The notes under the pieces were generated by a model, which was not told the origin of the DNA, ran no database searches, and saw only the letters and a list, made by a program, of their open reading frames with translations. Shown here piece by piece: positions 57,415-64,000 of a DNA stretch of 64,000 nucleotides. A program made the translations under genes and the position numbers. Numbering within the stretch: the first letter of the stretch is position 1; each line of letters opens with the position of its first letter. The stretch spans positions 608,001-672,000 of the forward strand of contig OY764159.1 in assembly GCA_963668175.1 (NCBI GenBank), read 5' to 3'. Source of the DNA: Syntrophales bacterium (lineage in GTDB: Bacteria; Desulfobacterota; Syntrophia; Syntrophales; PHBD01).

Positions 57415-58062
57415 TTATTTCGTATACCCGTATCGCGCCAAAAAATCCATGTCAATACCGCCGGCGCCCCCCTGGCCCGCAGCCAGGAGTTTCTCGACAT
57501 ATTTGCCGAGGATGTCTGTTTCGATATTGACGGCATCGGCAATTTTCTTAAAACCCAAGGTCGTGGATTTTGCCGTCGTGGGTATCATGTTAACATAAAA
57601 TCTCTTCTTCTCGCACTCATTTACCGTAAGGCTTATCCCGTCGACCGCCACCGATCCTTTGGCGACGATGTACCGCATGTACGCCTCGTCCAGGTCGATG
57701 CCGAAGACAATGGAATTCGATCGCGCCGTCCTTGAGGCGATGGCTCCCACTGTATCCACATGACCGAGGACGATATGGCCGCCCAGAAAATCGTTTACCC
57801 GGAGGGCAAGCTCGAGATTGACCCTGTCTCCTGTTCTGAGCGCCTTTAGGTTCGTTTTGGCCAGCGTTTCCGCCGAGACGTCGGCGGTGAAGCCCTTGTC
57901 CGTTTTGGCCGTAATCGTCAGGCATGCGCCGTTGACGGCGACACTGTCGCCGATTTTCGTTTCATTGAGGGGCAGGGCGGACTCAATGTCGAGGAGCGCA
58001 TCCGCTCCCCTGCCCGTCAAACGCTTTACCGCACCCATCGTCTGTATGATACCGGTAAACAT
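57415..58062 (-). CDS. ribE: riboflavin synthase alpha chain
   Basis: MFTGII, GDSVAVNGACLT, GGHIVLGHVD, VNIETD..GKY. Confidence 0.95.
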   Translation of the reverse strand: MFTGIIQTMGAVKRLTGRGADALLDIESALPLNETKIGDSVAVNGACLTITAKTDKGFTADVSAETLAKTNLKALRTGDRVNLELALRVNDFLGGHIVLGHVDTVGAIASRTARSNSIVFGIDLDEAYMRYIVAKGSVAVDGISLTVNECEKKRFYVNMIPTTAKSTTLGFKKIADAVNIETDILGKYVEKLLAAGQGGAGGIDMDFLARYGYTK

Positions 58063-58101
58063 AAAGGATCCAAAGATAAAACGGGTAAGCCCGGAGGTCC
58101 C

Positions 58102-58578
58102 TTAATCTTTCTTTTCCTCGTCGTGGTTTGCGTGAAGAAAATCTTTCAATTCGTCTATAAAATCATTAACATCGCGGAATTGCCTGTAAACGGAGGCAAA
58201 CCTGACATAAGCCACACCGTCAAGACGGTGCAATGCCCTCATGATCTTTTCCCCGATGACCGAAGACGGGATCTCCTTTCCCTGGAATTCCTGGCAGGCC
58301 ATTTCCACTTGTTCCACGATGGCGTCGATGGCATCGGCGCTGATCGGCCGCTTCTCGCAGGCCTTTTTCAGACCCGTCCGGATTTTGGACCGGTCGAAGG
58401 TTTCCCTGCGACCGTCCTTTTTGACGATGACAGGCAGGACATCCTCTACGACCTCGTAGGTCGTGAAACGCCGCCCGCAACCGAGACACTCCCGCCGCCG
58501 CCTTATGGCATTGCCCTCTTTGCTCAGACGGGAGTCGATCACTTTATTCTCGCTTCCGGTGCAGAAGGGGCACTTCAT
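58102..58578 (-). CDS. nrdR: transcriptional repressor NrdR
   Basis: [31 protein letters not shown] cone, [10 protein letters not shown]. Confidence 0.96.
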   Translation of the reverse strand: MKCPFCTGSENKVIDSRLSKEGNAIRRRRECLGCGRRFTTYEVVEDVLPVIVKKDGRRETFDRSKIRTGLKKACEKRPISADAIDAIVEQVEMACQEFQGKEIPSSVIGEKIMRALHRLDGVAYVRFASVYRQFRDVNDFIDELKDFLHANHDEEKKD

Positions 58579-59030
58579 ATACAGGTCACCTCAACGCCGG
58601 CTTCCGCCAGGAGGTCTTTGGCCAGTTCGTCCTGGTAGGCGCCCTTGATCATGATCCTGACGATACCGGCATTTATAATCATTTTTGCGCAGATGACGCA
58701 AGGATGATTCGTGCAGTATAAGGTCGAGCCCTTGACGCTCACCCCATGATAGGCGGCCTGGATAATGGCATTCTGTTCCGCATGGAGTCCTCGACACAGC
58801 TCGTGGCGCTCGCCGGAAGGGATGTTCCTCTGCTCGCGGAGGCAGCCTATTTCCAGGCAGTGCCGCAATCCCGATGGTGCTCCGTTATAGCCCGTAGCGA
58901 GGACACGGCGGTCCCTGACCAGGGCGGCACCGACAGGGCGCCTCAGACATGAAGAGCGTTTGGCCACCAGCGCCACAATGTCCATGAAATAATCGTCCCA
59001 ATCAGGACGCGTATGTTCGGCCTTCGTCAT
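58575..59030 (-). CDS. deoxycytidylate deaminase family protein (ComEB-like)
   Basis: [29 protein letters not shown]. Confidence 0.9.
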   Translation of the reverse strand: MTKAEHTRPDWDDYFMDIVALVAKRSSCLRRPVGAALVRDRRVLATGYNGAPSGLRHCLEIGCLREQRNIPSGERHELCRGLHAEQNAIIQAAYHGVSVKGSTLYCTNHPCVICAKMIINAGIVRIMIKGAYQDELAKDLLAEAGVEVTCI

Positions 59031-60283
59031 CACCCCGCCTGCAAGCGTTCCCGATAGAGAGGATATCGGTCACACAGGCGCGTGACTTCCTCCCTGACAT
59101 CGGCAATCTTCCGTTCGTTATGGATATCCCTGAGAATACCGGCGATCAGACCGCCGATCACCTTCATTTCCGGTTCCTTCATGCCCCGCGTGGTGATGGC
59201 CGGCGTTCCTATCCTGATGCCGCTCGTTACCTGGGGGCCTTTGGTGTCAAAGGGTATGCCGTTCTTGTTGACGGTAATTCCGGCCAAATCCAACTTTTCC
59301 TGGGCGTCTTTGCCCGTGATGCCCTTGTCCGTCAGGTCAACCAGCATCAGGTGATTGTCCGTTCCGCCGGAAACGAGACGGAACCCTTCCGAGATCAATG
59401 TGTCGGCCAGGGTTTTTGCATTCTTTACGATTTGTTGCTGGTACTGTTTAAAGCCATCGGTCAGGGCTTCCTGGAAGGCAACCGCCTTAGCCGCGATGAT
59501 ATGCATAAGGGGACCGCCCTGCATACCGGGGAAGACCTTGCTGTTCAGGGTCTTGGCATAAGCTTCCTTGCACATGACAAGCCCCCCTCTGGGGCCCCGG
59601 AGCGTCTTGTGGGTCGTCGAGGTGACGTATTCACAGATAGGGACGGGCGATGGATGGAGTCCGGCGGCTACCAGGCCGGCGACGTGGGCGATGTCCGCAA
59701 CGATCAGCGCCCCCACCTGGTCGGCAACGGTCCGGAAGGCGGTGAAGTCGATCGTCCGCGGATAGGCGCTTGCCCCCACGACGATCAGCTTCGGTTTGTG
59801 TTTCTTGGCCTGGGACTCCACCTCGTTGAAATCGATCGTTTCGGTCTGCCGGTCCACCCCGTAGGCCACAACTTTATAGAGGCGTCCGGAAAAATTGGCC
59901 GGACTGCCGTGAGACAGATGTCCGCCATGGGACAGATTCATGCCCAGAACCGTGTCCCCGGGTTCCAGGACGGAAAAGTAAACGGCCATGTTGGCCTGCG
60001 TCCCTGAATGAGGCTGGACGTTGACATGATCGGCGCCGAAGATCTTCTTGCATCTTTCCACGGCCAGGGTCTCGGCGATATCGACGAACTCGCAGCCGCC
60101 ATAGTAGCGCTTTCCCGGATATCCTTCGGCATACTTGTTCGTCATGATGCCCCCCTGGGCTTCCAGTACGGCCTCACTGACGAAATTTTCCGAAGCAATC
60201 AGCTCCAGTTGGCCCGACTGCCGTCGCGTTTCCTTCAAGATCGCTGCGGCTATTTCCGGATCGGTCTTTGATAAATATGACAT
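59030..60283 (-). CDS. glyA: serine hydroxymethyltransferase
   Basis: [40 protein letters not shown]. Confidence 0.97.
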   Translation of the reverse strand: MSYLSKTDPEIAAAILKETRRQSGQLELIASENFVSEAVLEAQGGIMTNKYAEGYPGKRYYGGCEFVDIAETLAVERCKKIFGADHVNVQPHSGTQANMAVYFSVLEPGDTVLGMNLSHGGHLSHGSPANFSGRLYKVVAYGVDRQTETIDFNEVESQAKKHKPKLIVVGASAYPRTIDFTAFRTVADQVGALIVADIAHVAGLVAAGLHPSPVPICEYVTSTTHKTLRGPRGGLVMCKEAYAKTLNSKVFPGMQGGPLMHIIAAKAVAFQEALTDGFKQYQQQIVKNAKTLADTLISEGFRLVSGGTDNHLMLVDLTDKGITGKDAQEKLDLAGITVNKNGIPFDTKGPQVTSGIRIGTPAITTRGMKEPEMKVIGGLIAGILRDIHNERKIADVREEVTRLCDRYPLYRERLQAG

Positions 60284-60348
60284 GGCTGCTGTATGTCCTC
60301 CCATTCTTAATGCAATGCTTGATTCTCTCGGTTGCCCGGGCAAAGCAC

Positions 60349-60807
60349 TCAGGATTGCCGGCAAAGCCTCTTTTCCAGTTCGCTTATCTTTTCGAGCCGC
60401 TGCTGATGCCGCCCGCCTTCGAACGCCGTCGAAAGCCAGGTATCGACGATGCGGCGGGCCGTGTCGATATCCGTGCGCCGCCCGGCGAGGACGAGGATAT
60501 TCGTATCGTTATGCAGCCTGCTCATGCGGGCCGTTTCTTCATCCATGCTCAATACGGCGCGTATTCGCGGTAATTTGTTGGCTACGATCGCCATGCCCAC
60601 GCCTGAACCGCAGATCAAGATTCCTCTCGAGAATTTGCCGTCGGCCACCTCTTCGGCAACCTGGCAGCCGAAGTCGGGATAATCGACCGATGCGGTATCA
60701 GACGTGCCCACGTCGGTTACCCGGTGTCCCTTGCTTTCGAGATACGATTTCACGGCTTCCTTCAGCGTGAACCCGGCGTGATCCGACCCGACGATAATAC
60801 GATCCAT
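60349..60807 (-). CDS. rpiB: ribose-5-phosphate isomerase B
   Basis: GSDHAG, VDYPD, CGSGVG, HND.N, FEGGRH..R. Confidence 0.95.
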   Translation of the reverse strand: MDRIIVGSDHAGFTLKEAVKSYLESKGHRVTDVGTSDTASVDYPDFGCQVAEEVADGKFSRGILICGSGVGMAIVANKLPRIRAVLSMDEETARMSRLHNDTNILVLAGRRTDIDTARRIVDTWLSTAFEGGRHQQRLEKISELEKRLCRQS

Positions 60808-60812
60808 AAATC

Positions 60813-62054
60813 TCAATCCCTGAACTGCTTAAAGATTAAAACGGCATTGGCGCCGCCGAAGCCGAAGGTGCAGGACATGGCTGCGCGAACGGAGACTGTT
60901 CTGGCTGTATGCGGGACGTAGTCGAGGTCGCATTCCGGGTCGGGATGATCGAGATTGATGGTCGGCGGTATAATGCCGTCATCAATGGATTTCACGGCGA
61001 AAATGGCCTCTATTCCTCCGGCGGCACCCAGAAGATGCCCCGTCATGGATTTTGTCGAACTGATGGCCAGGCGTCTGCTGTGCTCGCCGAAAACGCTTTT
61101 GATCGCCTGGGTCTCGTATGCGTCATTGAGCTGTGTCGATGTGCCGTGTGCGTTGATATAATCTATGCCTTCCGGCGGCATGCCGGCATCTTTCAATGCG
61201 AGGGCCATGCACCGGGCCGCTCCTTCGTGACCGGGCGGCGGAGCCGCCATATGGAAGGCGTCGCTTGTCGATCCGTATCCAACGACCTCCGCATAAATCT
61301 TCGCTCCCCTCTCAAGAGCTGCCGGCATCGCTTCCAGAACCACCAGGCCGCTTCCCTCCGCGAGGACAAAGCCGTTTCGATCCCTGTCGAACGGCCGGCT
61401 CGCCTTTTCCGGTTCGTCGTTATTGGTTGACAGAGCTCTCATCACATTGAAACCCCCGACTGTCAGCGGGGTGATAGCGGCCTCTGTTCCGCCGGCGATC
61501 ATGACGTCGGCGTACCCGCCGGCGATCAGACGGCAGGCGTCCCCTATGGAGTAAGTACCCGCGGCACAGGCCGTGACGGAACAGTTGATGGGCCCCTTCA
61601 GGCCGTGACGGATGGAAACATAACCCGCCGCCAGATTGGCCAGGCAGGACGGCGTCGAAAAAGGGGATATCTTGCGGGGCCCTTCCCGCAAAATGGTCTC
61701 TTTTTCCCTTTCGATGGTCGACAGGCCCCCGATGGCGGACCCGATGATTACGCCTGCGCGTTCGCTGTTTGCCGCATCAATTGTAAGTTTTGCATCCTCC
61801 AGGGCCATTGCGGATGCCGCCAGGGCATAAATGATAAAATCATCCAATCGCCGGGCTTCACTTTTGGTTACAAACGGCGACGGGTCGAACCGCTTCAGCT
61901 CGCCGGCAATCTTCGTCTTGAAATCCGTCGTATCGAATTTTGTAATACTTCCAATGCCCGAACGCCCCGTACAAATCCCTTCCCATGTCTCCCGAACAGT
62001 ATTTCCGCAAGGCGTAACCGCTCCCAAGCCCGTAATAACGACTCGTCTTTTCAG
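60813..62054 (-). CDS. fabF: beta-ketoacyl-ACP synthase II (probable CTG start)
   Basis: KRRVVITGLG, TACAAG, NAHGTST, KSMTGHLLGAAG, FGFGG. Confidence 0.93.
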   Translation of the reverse strand: MKRRVVITGLGAVTPCGNTVRETWEGICTGRSGIGSITKFDTTDFKTKIAGELKRFDPSPFVTKSEARRLDDFIIYALAASAMALEDAKLTIDAANSERAGVIIGSAIGGLSTIEREKETILREGPRKISPFSTPSCLANLAAGYVSIRHGLKGPINCSVTACAAGTYSIGDACRLIAGGYADVMIAGGTEAAITPLTVGGFNVMRALSTNNDEPEKASRPFDRDRNGFVLAEGSGLVVLEAMPAALERGAKIYAEVVGYGSTSDAFHMAAPPPGHEGAARCMALALKDAGMPPEGIDYINAHGTSTQLNDAYETQAIKSVFGEHSRRLAISSTKSMTGHLLGAAGGIEAIFAVKSIDDGIIPPTINLDHPDPECDLDYVPHTARTVSVRAAMSCTFGFGGANAVLIFKQFRD

Positions 62055-62090
62055 AGATCAACCCCCTTTTCCAGCGCAGGCATACAGTCC

Positions 62091-62327
62091 TTACGAAACG
62101 CCTTTACTTTTAAGAAAATCAATAACATCCTTGATTGTTCGTATTTTTTCCAGTTCGCTGTCGGCTATGGTCAGTCCGAAAGTCTCTTCCATTTCCATAA
62201 TCAATTCTACGAGATCCAGGGAATCGGCTCCCAGATCATCGATAAAGGACGCCTCCGGCAGACATTCTTCCTTCGTTACGTCCAGTTGTTCTACGATAAT
62301 GGCGATGACCTTTTCTTCAAGTGTCAT
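62091..62327 (-). CDS. acpP: acyl carrier protein
   Basis: DLGADSLDLVELIM. Confidence 0.96.
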   Translation of the reverse strand: MTLEEKVIAIIVEQLDVTKEECLPEASFIDDLGADSLDLVELIMEMEETFGLTIADSELEKIRTIKDVIDFLKSKGVS

Positions 62328-62610
62328 GAAATTCCCCTCCTTGTTCGATTCGATATGCTTCTGTCCATCATCTTCTTCCTAGGGCTCCCGGGCAAAAAAC
62401 AATAACATCCGGCTCACGGCCGCTTTCTCCGTTTATGGTTCGTGTGTGGTGCCGATCGAACAACCGGTCTTGTCTTTCGGATCGGCGTCGCCGGACCGGA
62501 GTAACGAAGCGTTATACGATTTCTTACCTAAAATCCCAGTATTGCGCCTCCGTCGATGGCCTTTTGACCCGCGAAGGATTTCGAGCCTTGTGGAAAAAAT
62601 GATGTTCCGG

Positions 62611-62796
62611 CTACGATATTTTTTCCATGGAGATGACTTCCCGGCCTTTGTAGGTGCCGCAATTTCGGCAAGCGCGGTGAGGCAACTTGGGTTCATTGCA
62701 CTGAGGGCAAAGGGTCGCCTGGGCCGCCGCTAAAAAATCGTGTGCCCTGCGGCGGTTTCTTCTGGTCTTGGAGTGTCTTTTTACTGGATTGGGCAT
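62611..62796 (-). CDS. rpmF: 50S ribosomal protein L32 (Zn-ribbon form)
   Basis: [32 protein letters not shown]. Confidence 0.95.
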   Translation of the reverse strand: MPNPVKRHSKTRRNRRRAHDFLAAAQATLCPQCNEPKLPHRACRNCGTYKGREVISMEKIS

Positions 62797-62829
62797 GGTG
62801 CACCTTCTTTCTTAGAAAAGTTGTACTTA

Positions 62830-63354
62830 TTATATTTTCAGTTTTTTCAGTATGTCAAATCTTGGATCAACGCTCTGAGCCCGGCATTGACAGCTTCCTG
62901 CGTTCAAATTGATACCGCAGACGGAACAGAGCCCCTTGCAGGAATCGCGGCACAGGGCCTTGATGGGGATATTCATAACGATCTGTTCATAAACGATGGG
63001 GTCCAGATCGATTGTCTCCTCCTCATAATATAGGGTATCCATGTCTTCGGCGGAAAGTTCCTGCTCTTCGATGTGCGGCCCGCCGGATGGTGAAAAAATG
63101 TAATTAAATTGGCATTTTACCTGAAGGGACGTAGTCTCGAGGCAACGACTGCACGGCAGAGAAACAGTTGTATTCAACTGGCCTTCCAGATAAACGGTCT
63201 CCCTGATCTTTTTCAAAAAACACGACACCTCTACCGTCTGCAGGTCGTATGGTTCACCCGCATTTTCCGGGAGGTAGTGGCTAAACCAGTCCCCGTCTTT
63301 GGAAAACGAAACCGGCATCCCGTCTTCCGGAATATTGCTCACTGCGATTTTCAC
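62830..63354 (-). CDS. yceD: YceD/DUF177 family protein
   Basis: CSRCL, IDL, P.K.LC..CKGLC..CG.NLN..C.C, DPRF..LK; directly upstream of rpmF. Confidence 0.9.
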   Translation of the reverse strand: MKIAVSNIPEDGMPVSFSKDGDWFSHYLPENAGEPYDLQTVEVSCFLKKIRETVYLEGQLNTTVSLPCSRCLETTSLQVKCQFNYIFSPSGGPHIEEQELSAEDMDTLYYEEETIDLDPIVYEQIVMNIPIKALCRDSCKGLCSVCGINLNAGSCQCRAQSVDPRFDILKKLKI

Positions 63355-63462
63355 GACTGAAACGACCCATCACCTACGGGCGGCTTTTTTTAACGCCTGA
63401 ATGTAAAATGGAGATTTAATGATAAAATATCGCTCTTGTCAAGAATAAATGTAAAAAGGGGT

Positions 63463-64000
63463 CTAAGGCCTCGGTGTGTCGTTGATGCCCAGTATACGAC
63501 GCGTTCCGCAGCGGCTGTAAATGACACCGCCCAAGCCCAGAAAAACAGCCAGAAATTTAACCATAATGCCTATATAGGGTATCCAGCCGATCAAAAAGAT
63601 GATGATGATGCCCCAGAACGTTTCTCGCAGGATGTCGGTTCCCTCTTTCTTCAGCAAGCGATACATTTTTTGTCCCGTCAATTGTCCCATGGCGATGAAA
63701 CCAAGAAACGCGGCGCAGACGACGATGATGACTTCCAAAGGGATGAGGAAGATGCCGACCACGGAAATGGTCAACAAAACGGCCACAAAGAAGATCGTCA
63801 GAATACCCAAGACGGACCAGAGGGATGTCTTCAACGTATCCGTTCGGATCGTCGACGAAATGACATAAATCGGTCCGGGTATCAAAATGGCGACGATTAA
63901 AGCCACGATAATCATGCACATGAACATCGCTATTTGCACGATCGCGAAGATCCAGGACCACCCCTCCCATTCGTCGTTCAACACCGAAGTGAGGTAGGAA
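63463..64000 (-). CDS. hypothetical multi-pass membrane protein (probably extends beyond the window end)
   Basis: Highly hydrophobic; LL.ISVVGI.LIP and IPYIG..V...A..LGLGG pattern; frame appears open to the window edge. Confidence 0.75.
   Translation of the reverse strand, partial: SYLTSVLNDEWEGWSWIFAIVQIAMFMCMIIVALIVAILIPGPIYVISSTIRTDTLKTSLWSVLGILTIFFVAVLLTISVVGIFLIPLEVIIVVCAAFLGFIAMGQLTGQKMYRLLKKEGTDILRETFWGIIIIFLIGWIPYIGIMVKFLAVFLGLGGVIYSRCGTRRILGINDTPRP

Overview
A roughly 55-58% GC (estimated by eye) bacterial chromosomal segment, densely coding and mostly housekeeping or metabolic. Gene content and order suggest an anaerobic Desulfobacterota/'deltaproteobacterium', probably Syntrophales-like; this is inference, no search was run. 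In order it holds: a beta-oxidation cluster (acyl-CoA ligase, thiolase, crotonase, start of an acyl-CoA dehydrogenase), purL/purQ, two SAM methyltransferases, a polar amino-acid ABC transporter with a GlcD-like oxidase and an MBL hydrolase, an HDOD/GGDEF module, cimA, a YciO/Sua5 protein, RNase E/G, proC, a split glycine-cleavage system (gcvPB-KamA-like-lipA-lpdA; gcvT-gcvH; no gcvPA), a 2.47-kb tandem duplication of an acyl-CoA synthetase, fdhE/nth/mobA/rimO/ftsK/plsC, a porCDAB operon extended by SfrB-like and Fe-S subunits, tRNA-Asn, MCP/TPR/HD-GYP genes and the yceD-rpmF-acpP-fabF-rpiB-glyA-nrdR-rib-nusB cluster. The best signals not visible in the ORF track are: (1) a complete Ile-rich leader-peptide attenuator upstream of cimA; (2) the tandem duplication, where the truncated gene fragment is almost identical while the intact enzyme copies have diverged; (3) an unannotated 59-aa four-cysteine microprotein; (4) a CTG start for fabF; (5) a candidate NADP-linked Por-SfrB complex. 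I found no CRISPR array, integrase, transposase or rRNA. All product calls come from motif recognition by eye.
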